Origin: Candidatus Krumholzibacteriota bacterium
GTDB lineage: Bacteria > Krumholzibacteriota > Krumholzibacteriia > JAJRXK01
Length of the DNA: 64,000 nucleotides
Assembly: GCA_963764625.1 (NCBI GenBank)
Contig: CAVXTH010000009.1
Span: forward strand, 224,001-288,000
Reading direction: 5' to 3'
The notes beneath the pieces are model-generated. The model worked only from the letters and a program-made list of their open reading frames with translations, was not told the DNA's origin and searched no databases. The position numbers and the translations under genes were made by a program. Shown here piece after piece: positions 30,299 to 40,384 of the stretch (position 1 is its first letter; each line of letters opens with the position of its first letter).

Positions 30299-30384
30299 TG
30301 TCAGCTCCTTCTGATGCACTTCAGTATCCCGCAGTTTTCCGCAAGAAGATAGGAAATGCCTCCCCGTGCGCCCAGGATGGAATT

Positions 30385-30897
30385 TTACTGCGACTGCGGG
30401 ACGCGCGAGTAGCGCCAGAGGATGCTGCCGGTCCAGAACGCCACGAAGCTCAAATAGGCCCCCAGAATCCAATTGAACTCGCCCGTCAATCGATCGCTTT
30501 GGTCGATCGCTGCCCTCACCAGTTGGTGAAAGTTCAAGAGGAAGAAGATCAGGGTAACGGCACAGAAGGTCAGCAGGTTCTCGGCCAGCTTCAGCCGGGT
30601 CTGTCCCCCCAGCTCGCCGTTGAGCCAGTAGTCACGTCGGGGGAGGTTGATCAGACCGCGGGGAATGACCTGAAGCGCGAACGCCAAGCTGGTGAAGACG
30701 AGGAAGAGGCCCAGAATGACCTCCCAGTAGAGACGGGCGAAGGCCCGAGGGGAGGACCAGGCATCTGCGTTCCCGTGACCATCGAAATGGGTGGGAATCT
30801 TGGTGGGGAGGCTCGGGGCGTAGTGAATCCAGTAGACTGTGGCGAGAGCCAGAAGCAGAAGGGTGAGTTGGAAACTGGAACTCTTGAGGATTCGCAT
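30385..30897 (-). CDS. DUF1648-domain membrane protein
   Basis: LPTKIPTHFDGHGNADAW; 4 TMs. Confidence 0.8.
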   Translation of the reverse strand: MRILKSSSFQLTLLLLALATVYWIHYAPSLPTKIPTHFDGHGNADAWSSPRAFARLYWEVILGLFLVFTSLAFALQVIPRGLINLPRRDYWLNGELGGQTRLKLAENLLTFCAVTLIFFLLNFHQLVRAAIDQSDRLTGEFNWILGAYLSFVAFWTGSILWRYSRVPQSQ

Positions 30898-30925
30898 CTT
30901 CCTCCCCGCCCCTAGCTCGGGCAGC

Positions 30926-32512
30926 TCAGTCGGTCTTCCGTCTCAGCATCAGCAGGGTGATGTCGTCCGAGGCGTGCTGGTTTCGCAAGAACTCGTGGAT
31001 TTCCTGCAATACGAGCTCCTGGATACGCTCCAAAGATTCGTGTCGTGAAGCGACCAGGATTCTCTCCGCGCGCTCGGTTCCATAGAAACTGTCTCCGTCG
31101 GTCGTGGCCTCCGTGACCCCATCCGTGTAGATGACGAGCAGGTCGCCCGGCTGAAGAGAGGTTTTCCCCTGGCCATACTCGGCATCGAAGTCGAATCCCG
31201 CGGGGAGACCGGTGGAGCACAGGCGTTCTACCGAACCGTCGGCTCGGATCACCAGGGCGTCCTCGTGTCCAGCGCTCGCGTACAGGAGTTGTCCGGTATC
31301 CGGTTCGTATTCCCCCACGAAGAGGGTGACGAATCGTTCGACGGGCAATGTCTCGCGCAGATGTTCGTGCATTTCCTCCAGAACGTGCATCGGTTCTCCG
31401 CCCAGACGGGCCAAGATCCGCAGCAGCATGGTGGACGCACCCATGGAGAGAGCGGCTGCCATTCCCTTCCCCGAGACGTCGCCCACCGTGAGGAGAAGGC
31501 GCCCGGAGGGGCGCTCCAGACAGAGATAGAGATCTCCCCCCACTCCCCGGCACATTTCGAGGTGGCCGTAAAGATCGATCCCCGCGATTCTGGGAAGTTC
31601 GCGGGGGAGAAGGCTCTCCTGGACTCGGGCCGCGCGCCGTCGCTCGCGCTGTTCGTCGTCTCGTTGCCGTTTGACTCCCACCGCGCGTGCAATCGCGGTG
31701 AGAACCTGCAGGTCGTCCTCGTCGTAGCGGCGCCGGCTCATCAGGTTGTCGGCGTAGAGAATTCCACGTACGCGATCTCCGTCGAGCAAGGGAGCGACGA
31801 TGGCCGACCTCACTCTCAGATCCTGCACGCTTTGATAGGCTGCGGCGGGAGAGGCGTTCATGGCATCCTCGACCAGAAGGGAGGATTTCGTGCGGCAGAC
31901 TTCCTCGATGAAGTGCTTGCTCAGACGGTACTTTTCCGCGTGATCGGGAGACGAGAACCAGGCACCGCGTCGCAAGAAGGGAGTCCCCATTCCATCATCC
32001 TCCAGAATCAGCACGCGATCGGCGTGGATGACCTTTCCCGCGAACTGGCAGGCGTTCACTTCGAAACTCTCGTCGTCCGGAGCGGCAGCGATCAGGTCGA
32101 AGAGACTCGAGAGCATCTGGAGGATGCGATCGCGGGCCATTCCGGTGGTTGCGCGATTTGGCGAGAAGGAGACACGGGACTGAAGCTCGTCGTGCTGAGA
32201 GAGGGGAGCCCCGATGGAGGTCCAGGAGTCGTTGCGCCACAGTTCCGCCTCGCCGAAAGTGAGGTGGCTCTGCTCGGGAATTTCGACCTCTTTCTCGGTT
32301 TCGATCTGCTTCCCGTCGATGAGAGTGCCACTCGTGCTGCTGAGATTGCGAACGAAGAGTTTCGCTCCCTCTACGCGCAGGATCGCGTGTTGCCGGCTGA
32401 CGCTCATGACCGGGATGCGGATTTGGGAGCTTTCGGAGCGGCCGAGGGTATGGGTCCCGTTCTCGAGGGAGAGCGAGTGACTTTCGCCCCCATAATTCAA
32501 GTGGACTTCCAC
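30926..32512 (-). CDS. FHA-GAF-PP2C (SpoIIE-type) Ser/Thr phosphatase
   Basis: FHA (LGRS..SVSRQHA..NLSSTSGT), GAF (SAIVAPL..GILYAD), PP2C (VGGDLY, GDVSGKG, SAGH, YTDGVTE, DDITL). Confidence 0.9.
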   Translation of the reverse strand: MEVHLNYGGESHSLSLENGTHTLGRSESSQIRIPVMSVSRQHAILRVEGAKLFVRNLSSTSGTLIDGKQIETEKEVEIPEQSHLTFGEAELWRNDSWTSIGAPLSQHDELQSRVSFSPNRATTGMARDRILQMLSSLFDLIAAAPDDESFEVNACQFAGKVIHADRVLILEDDGMGTPFLRRGAWFSSPDHAEKYRLSKHFIEEVCRTKSSLLVEDAMNASPAAAYQSVQDLRVRSAIVAPLLDGDRVRGILYADNLMSRRRYDEDDLQVLTAIARAVGVKRQRDDEQRERRRAARVQESLLPRELPRIAGIDLYGHLEMCRGVGGDLYLCLERPSGRLLLTVGDVSGKGMAAALSMGASTMLLRILARLGGEPMHVLEEMHEHLRETLPVERFVTLFVGEYEPDTGQLLYASAGHEDALVIRADGSVERLCSTGLPAGFDFDAEYGQGKTSLQPGDLLVIYTDGVTEATTDGDSFYGTERAERILVASRHESLERIQELVLQEIHEFLRNQHASDDITLLMLRRKTD

Positions 32513-32593
32513 GAGTTCACTCCTGCGCTCAAATCGAGACAATCGGTGCATCCCACAGTGTAGGGGTTGTCTTGAGTCGCGTCGAGGGGCGGC

Positions 32594-33514
32594 TCATCCG
32601 GTGGCATGGTGGGGGTCGAGATCGCGCGAGCGCCCTCCGTGTTGGGCCGAGAGGCCGACCACGATCAGGATCAATCCGGCCAAAGTCGAGGGGTGAATCG
32701 TCTCTCCGAGGACTAGCTGGATGAACACCAGGCTCAGGAAGGGGGAGAGGAAGATGAGATTGGCCACTCTCGACGCATTGCTCGTGCGCTTCATCGCCGC
32801 AAGCCACAGCACGTAGGTGATTCCCATCTCGAAGATGCCGACGTAGAGCGCGCCGAGAATCCAGGAACCCATCCGCCCTCCGCCCGCGTCGGGAAAGAAC
32901 CCACCGGTCCACGCGGCGAAGAATGCGACCAAGGGGAGGGCGAAGAGGAAACTCAGAAACAGTCCCACCACCGGCTGAAGATCTCCGCGAGTGTTGAAAA
33001 TCCAATAGAACGCCCAGATGAGAGTGCTGCCCAGAGCCAGCGCGATTCCCGCGCCGTCGTAGCTCAAGTGCCGGAAGTCTCCTCCGGTGGAGATGATGAC
33101 CACTCCGCCATAGCACACGAGCCCGGCGAATAGATCGCGCCAGCGAAAGCGATGGTGCAGTAGGGGAATCGAGAGCCAGGAGAGGGTGAGGGCCCAGGTG
33201 TAGTTCAAGGGTTGCGCGACCTGGGCGGGCAGACGGTCGTAGGCCGAGAAGAGAATCGTGTAATAGAGGAAGGGATTGAGGAACCCCAAGATCGCGGCGT
33301 GGAAGTATTGCTGCCGGCGCGCGCGAAGCAGCAGAGGGAGACGCCGTTGCCCCGCCAGCAGGAGCCCCAGTACCACCAATGAAAAAGCGTTCGCCCAGAA
33401 CAAGAGCTGCGCCGGCTCGAGCACTCGCAGGCTCAGCTTGAAGGCGGTCGCCACCGTCGACCACAGCAAGACTGCGGCCAGGGCGAAGAGACGAGCTTGA
33501 CGCTCTTGGTTCAC
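32594..33514 (-). CDS. EamA/DMT-family transporter
   Basis: LWSTVATAFK, LNYTW, GITYVLW, FLSPFLS, LGE; about 10 TMs. Confidence 0.88.
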   Translation of the reverse strand: MNQERQARLFALAAVLLWSTVATAFKLSLRVLEPAQLLFWANAFSLVVLGLLLAGQRRLPLLLRARRQQYFHAAILGFLNPFLYYTILFSAYDRLPAQVAQPLNYTWALTLSWLSIPLLHHRFRWRDLFAGLVCYGGVVIISTGGDFRHLSYDGAGIALALGSTLIWAFYWIFNTRGDLQPVVGLFLSFLFALPLVAFFAAWTGGFFPDAGGGRMGSWILGALYVGIFEMGITYVLWLAAMKRTSNASRVANLIFLSPFLSLVFIQLVLGETIHPSTLAGLILIVVGLSAQHGGRSRDLDPHHATG

Positions 33515-33585
33515 CTGGCGCAGCGTAGCACAACGGCCAACGGCGTCAATTCGCGCGGCATGAGTGCCATCGCCCATGCGCCCAC

Positions 33586-33665
33586 ATTGGATGGCTGATA
33601 CACTGATTGGATGGTCACTTTTCCCATCCAAATCCCCTTGACGCGGGGATCTTAGCCTCTATCCT
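33586..33665. promoter_or_regulatory. Putative MocR operator (two direct and one inverted repeat) abutting a sigma70 promoter
   Basis: ATTGGATGG at 33586 and 33606, inverted CCATCCAA at 33624, then TTGACG-N16-TATCCT (33638-33665). Confidence 0.65.
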
Positions 33666-33743
33666 TTGGAAAGGACCCCTCCAATCAACGAGCTCGGCGG
33701 GCCGCAGTTGAGCTCGCTCTCTAGGCCCGGCGGGAGCCTCAGC

Positions 33744-35258
33744 ATGAATTTGCGCATCGAAGTCGAGCACGAGAGCTCTGTTCCGATCTACCTGCAGATC
33801 GTGCAGCAGTTGCGCGAGCGGATCGCCACCGGTGAGGTGAGCGAGGGAACCCTCCTGCCTCCGGAGCGTACTCTGGCCCAGCAGCTGGGAGTGAATCGCA
33901 GCACAGTGGTGAGCGCCTACCGCGAGCTCAAGCGGAGTGGTTTGGCGCAGGCCCGGGTGGGCCGGGGAACCTCGGTGCTCGCGTTCGCGGGCGAGGAGTC
34001 CACGGCGGAGGCGGAAGGCCCGCTTCCCTGGCGCCAACTCTTCAGCGAGTCCGTACGTCCGGACAGCGATCCGCTCGTGCGTGATCTCTTGGAGATGGCG
34101 GGCCGCGAGGACGTCATTCCCCTCTCGGTGGGATTGCCCGCGCCCGAGCTGCTTCCCCTCGAGCTGGTCCGGCGCGTGACCCGCGATCTGGGAGGCAAGT
34201 TGGGCTCGGCCTCGTTGTTGCAATGTCCGACCGAGGGCGTGAAATCCTTTCGTGAGGCTCTGGCGAGCCGGATGCGCTCGCGGGGAGTGGAGTGTGGCGC
34301 CGAGGAAGTTCTCGTTCTCTCGGGCTCCCAGCAGGGTCTGGATCTGGCGTCGCGCGTGTTTCTCGATCCCGGCGATATCGTGGTCGTCGACGAGCCCACC
34401 TACTTCGGCGCGCTCCAGGCTTTTCGCGGTGCGCGGGCGCGGATCCTCCCTGTTCCCAGCGACGAGCAGGGGATGATCACCGATGTCCTGGCCACCGTCC
34501 TGGAGCGGCATCGTCCCAAGCTCATCTACACCCTGCCCACCTTCAAGAACCCGGCGGGGACGGTGATGAGTCTGTCCCGGCGTCAGCATCTTCTCGATCT
34601 GGCCTGGAAGTTCCAGGTGCCGGTGCTCGAGGATGACCCCTACTCCGATCTGCGCTACGACGGCGAGAATCTGCCCAGCCTGAAGGCTCTGGATCGGCAC
34701 GGTGGCGTGATCTATCTCTCGACCTTCTCCAAGATTCTCTTTCCCGGCCTGCGTCTCGGCTGGCTCGTGGCCGATCGGCCCGTGGTGCGACAGTTCGCAC
34801 TCTTGAAGCAGGTGGTCGATCTCCACAGCGACACTCCCGGACAGTGGGTGGTCGACGCTCTGATCCGCGAGGGCACCCTGGATGAGCACGTGAAGATGGT
34901 GAAGGGCCACTACGCGCGCCGCCGGGACCTCATGCACGAGACCCTTCAGAGCTGCGCTCCCGCTGGGGTGCGCTGGGTTCGGCCCGAGGGAGGGTTTTAC
35001 GTGTGGTGCCGCCTTCCCCTGGAGGTCGAGAGGTCAAGGCTCGTCAGCACCGCGGCCGAGGCCGGAGTATCGTTCTTGCCCGGTTGGTCTTGCTATGTCG
35101 AAGACCCGGGCACGCCCTTCATTCGACTCAATTTTTCCTTTGCCCGCGAAGATCAAATCGTGCCGGGCGTGACCCGGCTGATGGAAGCAGTTGCTCGTAG
35201 TTCTGCCGGAGCGCGATTGAACGTCGCCGAAGGGGTGGGTACCCATCCCATCGTTTGA
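33744..35258 (+). CDS. MocR/GabR-family regulator (GntR wHTH plus PLP aminotransferase domain)
   Basis: PIYLQI...LPPERTLA..LGVNRSTV..AY; GSQQGL, EDDPY, TFSKILFPGLRLG. Confidence 0.93.
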   Translation: MNLRIEVEHESSVPIYLQIVQQLRERIATGEVSEGTLLPPERTLAQQLGVNRSTVVSAYRELKRSGLAQARVGRGTSVLAFAGEESTAEAEGPLPWRQLFSESVRPDSDPLVRDLLEMAGREDVIPLSVGLPAPELLPLELVRRVTRDLGGKLGSASLLQCPTEGVKSFREALASRMRSRGVECGAEEVLVLSGSQQGLDLASRVFLDPGDIVVVDEPTYFGALQAFRGARARILPVPSDEQGMITDVLATVLERHRPKLIYTLPTFKNPAGTVMSLSRRQHLLDLAWKFQVPVLEDDPYSDLRYDGENLPSLKALDRHGGVIYLSTFSKILFPGLRLGWLVADRPVVRQFALLKQVVDLHSDTPGQWVVDALIREGTLDEHVKMVKGHYARRRDLMHETLQSCAPAGVRWVRPEGGFYVWCRLPLEVERSRLVSTAAEAGVSFLPGWSCYVEDPGTPFIRLNFSFAREDQIVPGVTRLMEAVARSSAGARLNVAEGVGTHPIV

Positions 35259-35298
35259 ACCGGTTTTCGGGTGTATCCCCAATCTCAGGTGGTCAAGC

Positions 35299-36504
35299 AT
35301 GAAGATCAAACTCGCAAAGCGGATGGAGAAGATCAAAGCTTCCGAGATCCGTGAGCTGCTGAAACTCACCCAGCATCCCGAGATGATCTCCTTCGCGGGC
35401 GGGTTGCCTGCCCCCGAAACCTTTCCGGTCGAAGATTTTCGAACCGCCGTGGATGCCGTTCTCACCGAACAGGGACGTCGCGCCCTGCAGTATTCTCCCA
35501 CCGATGGCGACAAGGGTCTTCGTGAGATGATTGCGCAGCGCATGAACGCCTTGCGCGGCACCAAGGTCAACTCCGAAGAGATCCTCATCACGAGTGGATC
35601 GCAACAGGGGTTGGATTTGTCGGCCAAGATCCTCCTGGACGAGGGCGATGTCGTTCTGTGCGAGTCGCCCACCTATCTCGGCGCGATCCAGGCCTTCGTT
35701 CCCTACGCGCCGCGTTTCATCGAGATCGCCACCGACGGCGAGGGCATGGACATGGAGGAACTCGAGAAAGCCTTGAGCACGCAAGAGCGGGTGAAGATGA
35801 TCTATGTCATCCCCGATTTTCAGAATCCCTCCGGGCGCACCTGGTCACTGAAACGGCGCGAGAAACTCATCGAGCTGGCGAATCGATTCGAGGTCCCGAT
35901 CGTGGAGGACAGCCCTTATGCCGAGCTGCGCTTCGAGGGCGAGGACATTCCCTCGATCAAGTCGATGGATACCGAGGGCATGGTCATTCACCTGGGGACC
36001 TTCTCCAAGATCTTCTGTCCAGGGCTCCGCGTGGCCTGGCTGGCCGCTTCTTCCGAGATCAGGAGGAAGTTCGAGCTCGTGAAGCAGGGTGTCGATCTGC
36101 ACACCTCCACGATCGCGCAACTGGACATCCTGCAGTACATGCGGGACAACGATCTCGATGCGAACATCCGCGGCATCCGCGAGCTCTACCGGGAGCGCCA
36201 CGACGTGATGCTTCGGGCGATGGACGAGCTCATGCCGGAGGGAGTGAAATACACCCGGCCTCAGGGAGGCATGTTTCTCTGGGTCGAACTGCCCGAGGGA
36301 GCCGAGGCCAGGGTCATTCTCGAACGGTGTCTCAAGGAGAAAGTTGCCTTCGTGCCCGGCTCGTCGTTCTTTCCCAATGGGGGACACGAGAATACGATGC
36401 GGGTCAACTACTCGGTTTCCTCCCCCGAGAGGATCAGAACCGGGATGGAGAGAATGGCGCGCATCATCAGGGCCTATTTAGCCGAAATGGTCACGATCGA
36501 CTGA
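35299..36504 (+). CDS. Class I/II PLP aminotransferase (2-aminoadipate/aromatic transaminase, LysN-like)
   Basis: SEIRELLK, ISFAGGLP, PDFQNPSG, EDSPY, GTFSKIFCPGLR. Confidence 0.9.
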   Translation: MKIKLAKRMEKIKASEIRELLKLTQHPEMISFAGGLPAPETFPVEDFRTAVDAVLTEQGRRALQYSPTDGDKGLREMIAQRMNALRGTKVNSEEILITSGSQQGLDLSAKILLDEGDVVLCESPTYLGAIQAFVPYAPRFIEIATDGEGMDMEELEKALSTQERVKMIYVIPDFQNPSGRTWSLKRREKLIELANRFEVPIVEDSPYAELRFEGEDIPSIKSMDTEGMVIHLGTFSKIFCPGLRVAWLAASSEIRRKFELVKQGVDLHTSTIAQLDILQYMRDNDLDANIRGIRELYRERHDVMLRAMDELMPEGVKYTRPQGGMFLWVELPEGAEARVILERCLKEKVAFVPGSSFFPNGGHENTMRVNYSVSSPERIRTGMERMARIIRAYLAEMVTID

Positions 36505-36603
36505 AGGCTCGCGTAAGACGGGGGAAGAGGCTGGTCTTGAAGTGGCCGCCCGACTATCGTTTTTCGAGCCTCTTGCAGAAACCTCTGAGAAAGGACTTCC
36601 AGA

Positions 36604-37779
36604 ATGGCAGTCAGGAATGCACGCGCGGCTCTGATGCTTGGCGCACTGATGCTCGTGAGCAGCGTCGTCGCGAGAGCGGAAGAACCCGCCACCTTCGAAG
36701 AAGCGCAGAGTCTGGCCAAACAGCAGGGAAAGCTGATGCTCATCGATTTCTACGCGGATTGGTGCGGCCCCTGCAAACGTTTCCAGGCGGATGCCTCTAC
36801 CGTTTCAGAATTGAAGCAGGGACTGAATTCCGTGGTCTTCTTCAGCATCGATGCCGAGAAGGGCGATGGAATCGAATTGGCGAAACGCTACGGAGTGCGG
36901 TCGTATCCCAATTTCCTGTTGGCGAACGCCGCGGGAAGTGCCGTATTCCGATGGGTGGGCTACGGTGACTCCGCCGGCTTTCTGAAGAACATGAACGAGG
37001 GTCTGGCCGATCCCACGACCCTGGTCGACAAGGAGATAAGATTCGATAAAAAGCCCACCGTCAAAGACGCCGAGGCGGTGGCCAACGCCGCGCTGGCGGC
37101 GAGTGACATGAAGAAGGCGGCGTCTTGGTACGAGAAGGCCGCGAAGTTGCAGGGTGGAGGGTACGAGGGCGAGATCTACATGGCCAAGTACTATGGCCTG
37201 CAGGCCGGCCTGTTCACGAAAGACGAGGTTCTGGCTGCCGCGGACGCGGTCATGCAAGGCGACAAGTTCGAAGACAAGATGATGGTGTACCAGACCCAAG
37301 CGGGTCTGGCGAGAGCGACAAGAGATCCAGCCCTCCGTCATCGATATGTAGAAGCGGTGTGGGATCTGTTGAAGGACAACCACTCGCCCGACGCGGAGAG
37401 CATGCGCGAGTACGTCGCCATCGATTACGCGCTCTATGTGGAGATGGATCTCCAGAAGGCCGCGAATCTGAAATACGCGGCGATGCCAGAGGGATGGCTG
37501 GAGAACGCCGACGCGCTCAACGAGTACGCCTGGTGGTGCTTCGAGAACAAAGTCGATCTGGAGCGCGCGGAGAAGCTCGCGCGCAAGGGGATCAAACTGG
37601 CCGAAGCTGGTTCGCAGAGAGCGGCCATCCTGGATACAGCGGCCGAACTCTGTAACGCTCTGGGACACTGCGACGACGCGGTGAGCCTCACCCAGCAGGC
37701 CATCGAGAACGACTCTCAGAACGAGTACTACAAGAAGCAGCTCAAGCGCTTCCAGGACCTGGCCAAGCAGGCTGGTTGA
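36604..37779 (+). CDS. Exported thioredoxin-family protein with C-terminal TPR-like region
   Basis: Signal peptide; DFYADWCGPCK, cis-Pro SYP; LNEYAW...LDTAAE TPR motifs. Confidence 0.8.
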   Translation: MAVRNARAALMLGALMLVSSVVARAEEPATFEEAQSLAKQQGKLMLIDFYADWCGPCKRFQADASTVSELKQGLNSVVFFSIDAEKGDGIELAKRYGVRSYPNFLLANAAGSAVFRWVGYGDSAGFLKNMNEGLADPTTLVDKEIRFDKKPTVKDAEAVANAALAASDMKKAASWYEKAAKLQGGGYEGEIYMAKYYGLQAGLFTKDEVLAAADAVMQGDKFEDKMMVYQTQAGLARATRDPALRHRYVEAVWDLLKDNHSPDAESMREYVAIDYALYVEMDLQKAANLKYAAMPEGWLENADALNEYAWWCFENKVDLERAEKLARKGIKLAEAGSQRAAILDTAAELCNALGHCDDAVSLTQQAIENDSQNEYYKKQLKRFQDLAKQAG

Positions 37780-37801
37780 TCAGAGCTCGATCGGAACTCG
37801 A

Positions 37802-38482
37802 TCAACGCCCACCGTCATCGTTGACGGTGGGCGTTTCTTCGTTCGTTCCGGTCTCGCCGTCTTCGGCTGGCTTCTCCACGGGCGTACCGCCTCCACCGAA
37901 CTGAAATCCGATCCCAGCCTGGAAGCTGTTCACGATGTCGTGCCGCAGGTAGCTGGTCGTCGCGAGGAAATTGAAGGTGTAGCCCAAATTGATGAAGACG
38001 TTCTTGGTGAGATAGGTATCGACCCCCACCGGAAGCGAGAGACTGAAGTTGCTCTCGTTATCCTCGAACGGCGAGCCGTCCGTGGTGATGGTAAAGGTCG
38101 TGAACTTGAATCCCAATCCAACCCCGGCGTAGGCCTTGAACGTGGGGTTGAGATCGAGGAAATAGCGACCCAAGAGCTGCAGCAGGATGTCGCTGTACTC
38201 TCCATTAACGTTCTGCTGCTCCGCCCCTTTGTAGTCTTCGGTGACTTTGAAATAGTGGAACCGAAAACCGGCGGTCCAATTTGCGTTGGAGCTGAGCTTC
38301 TCGTAGCTCAGGATTCCGCCGCTGCCGTAGCTCGTCTGCGCGGCCGGCTCGGTCACCATGCTCACGTAGGTGCCATCCATGGTGATGATCGTCGCGCCTT
38401 GACGCATCTCGGTGGCAAGCGCCGCATGTGCCATCAGCACGAAAATCCCTAGAGTCACAGCTGCAGTTACGCGTCGCATCAT
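37802..38482 (-). CDS. Outer-membrane beta-barrel protein (OmpA/OmpW-like 8-strand)
   Basis: Signal peptide; amphipathic strands GRYF, AYAGVGLG, VGVDTY, AGIGFQF, then an acidic tail. Confidence 0.78.
   Translation of the reverse strand: MMRRVTAAVTLGIFVLMAHAALATEMRQGATIITMDGTYVSMVTEPAAQTSYGSGGILSYEKLSSNANWTAGFRFHYFKVTEDYKGAEQQNVNGEYSDILLQLLGRYFLDLNPTFKAYAGVGLGFKFTTFTITTDGSPFEDNESNFSLSLPVGVDTYLTKNVFINLGYTFNFLATTSYLRHDIVNSFQAGIGFQFGGGGTPVEKPAEDGETGTNEETPTVNDDGGR
37804..37842 (+). terminator. Likely intrinsic terminator overlapping the 3' end of the convergent OMP gene
   Basis: Perfect 14-bp stem AACGCCCACCGTCA/TGACGGTGGGCGTT, 4-nt loop, T-rich tail. Confidence 0.6.
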
Positions 38483-38509
38483 TTATCCTCTCACTCTTCT
38501 CGGGTCGGT

Positions 38510-40384
38510 TTACTGCTGCTCCTGGAGCAGGGCCGCCGTAGCCTTGGGGTTGATGAGCTTCAACTTGGGTTGATCCGGCAGAGCGTCAGCACCATTCTCG
38601 ATCAGCGCGATGATCTCCGGCGGCGTGAGATCCGGCTTCATGGCCACCAGTTTCGCCGCGAGATTCAACACGTTCGGAGAGGCCATCGAAGTGCCCGAGA
38701 GAGCCATCTGCTCTCCTCCGGGTACGTTGCTCTCAACCTCGAAGCCGTTGGAGTACACCACGACGTTGTCGCCCATGCTGGTGAAATTCGTGCGTTTTCC
38801 CTCTTGGTCGACCGCCCCGACGACCAGGACGTTGGGCATTTCGTAGGAGGACGGAATCGTGCGGTGAAAGCTGACGTCCGAGTCGTCGTTGCCGGCCGCC
38901 ACCACGAACAGGATGTCCGGGCAGCTCTCGATCGCCTTGTGCAGACCCTCGTCGAGGATGCCGAAGTTCTCTTCGGTCATTGCCTTGCGCTCTTCCGCCG
39001 TCTTCCCGATGCCGTTCGCCTCGAGGCTGGACTCGACTTCCTTGAAGGTCCAGCCCCAGCTCATGTTGACCACCCTCACCTTGGCTGCCTTGAAGTACTT
39101 GGCCGAAGCCGCGTAGGAAGCCGCGTGCTTCAACGCGATCTCTTTGGTGATCGCGGCCGGAAGGGCGTGGTAATCGAAGGTGATTCTCGAAATGAGGATC
39201 TTCGCGTAGGGGTTGCCCTTGGTGGCGATCCCAGCGACGTGGGTGCCGTGCGCGTAGAGGCCCACGAATCCCAGCGAGGTCATGAAATCCTTCATCTGAT
39301 CCGGGGGCAGGCTCACCAGGTGCTGACGCACCTCACTGGCCGCGTCGCTCTGGATCGCGGCCTGGAGATCCATGATTCCCTTCATGTAGTGCATGGCATC
39401 GGCGACCTTGCCATCCTGGTCTCCCAGAGGATGGAGAAGGTGCGGGTTCGCGTCGCCGTTGATGTCGTAGGCGATTCCATGGAGGTCGTCCACGAAGCCG
39501 TTCCCGTCGTCGTCCTTTCCGTCGAGGGTCTCGTTTGGATTCGTCCAGAGGGAGTTCTTGTAGACGCTCACATCGACTCCCGAATCCCAGATTCCCACCA
39601 CGACCGGGGTGTAGTTCTTTCCCGGAGGAAGGGTCAGCTCACGCGCGGGCCAGATGTCCTTCTTTTGCTCCTTGTGCGCATCGACGACCGAGGTGAGGGC
39701 GGCGAGGCGTTCTTCTCTCAGAGGGAGGATGACCTTGAGCGCGAAGTACAGGCCGATCACCCGATCCGCCATGTCGCCGCTGAGCTCGTGCGAATTCGCC
39801 ACCACGGGATCGATCTGGGACTGAACCATGCCCTTGATGACGTTTTCGGAGAGAATCTCCGCCATTCCGCGTTGCTGCTGGACGTCGTCCTGCACCACGT
39901 CCCAGGGCAGATTCTGCAGCTCCAGTTGGAGTTGTTGTTTGAAGGTGTCTCGGTAGGCCTGCGAGCCCTCGGCGCCCGCCTTGCGCGCGGCCACCAGGGC
40001 GCGCGCGGTGAGCCCGGTGAGGAGTTTCGCGGACTCCTTCCCCTCCAAATTCTTGATCTTGTCGATCCACCCGAGTGCTTGCTCGTCGCGCTGGGCGAGC
40101 AGATCGAGGGTCAGCAGGATCCCGTAGTATCCTTTCAACATCGCCGGATCCTGGAGATCATACTTTTTCAGGATGGACTCGATGTCCTTCCGAACCGTCT
40201 CGCCCAGGGTGGACATGGCCTCATCCGACGCGAGCATCTCGCTGACAGACCCTTCCACCGGATAAGAGCGGACGGGGAGGTCGGTGAGGCTCTTTACCGG
40301 GATCTTCTCGGCCACGGCAGAGTGGACCGAGAGCGTCGTCAAGCCCAGGATCAGGCAGAGAATGGTCAAAAAAGTGCGTCTCAC
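38510..40384 (-). CDS. Secreted S8 (subtilisin-family) serine peptidase
   Basis: Signal peptide; catalytic GIWDSG, HGTHVAG, SGTSMASP; AAGND; DDDGNGFVDD Ca loop. Confidence 0.93.
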   Translation of the reverse strand: MRRTFLTILCLILGLTTLSVHSAVAEKIPVKSLTDLPVRSYPVEGSVSEMLASDEAMSTLGETVRKDIESILKKYDLQDPAMLKGYYGILLTLDLLAQRDEQALGWIDKIKNLEGKESAKLLTGLTARALVAARKAGAEGSQAYRDTFKQQLQLELQNLPWDVVQDDVQQQRGMAEILSENVIKGMVQSQIDPVVANSHELSGDMADRVIGLYFALKVILPLREERLAALTSVVDAHKEQKKDIWPARELTLPPGKNYTPVVVGIWDSGVDVSVYKNSLWTNPNETLDGKDDDGNGFVDDLHGIAYDINGDANPHLLHPLGDQDGKVADAMHYMKGIMDLQAAIQSDAASEVRQHLVSLPPDQMKDFMTSLGFVGLYAHGTHVAGIATKGNPYAKILISRITFDYHALPAAITKEIALKHAASYAASAKYFKAAKVRVVNMSWGWTFKEVESSLEANGIGKTAEERKAMTEENFGILDEGLHKAIESCPDILFVVAAGNDDSDVSFHRTIPSSYEMPNVLVVGAVDQEGKRTNFTSMGDNVVVYSNGFEVESNVPGGEQMALSGTSMASPNVLNLAAKLVAMKPDLTPPEIIALIENGADALPDQPKLKLINPKATAALLQEQQ

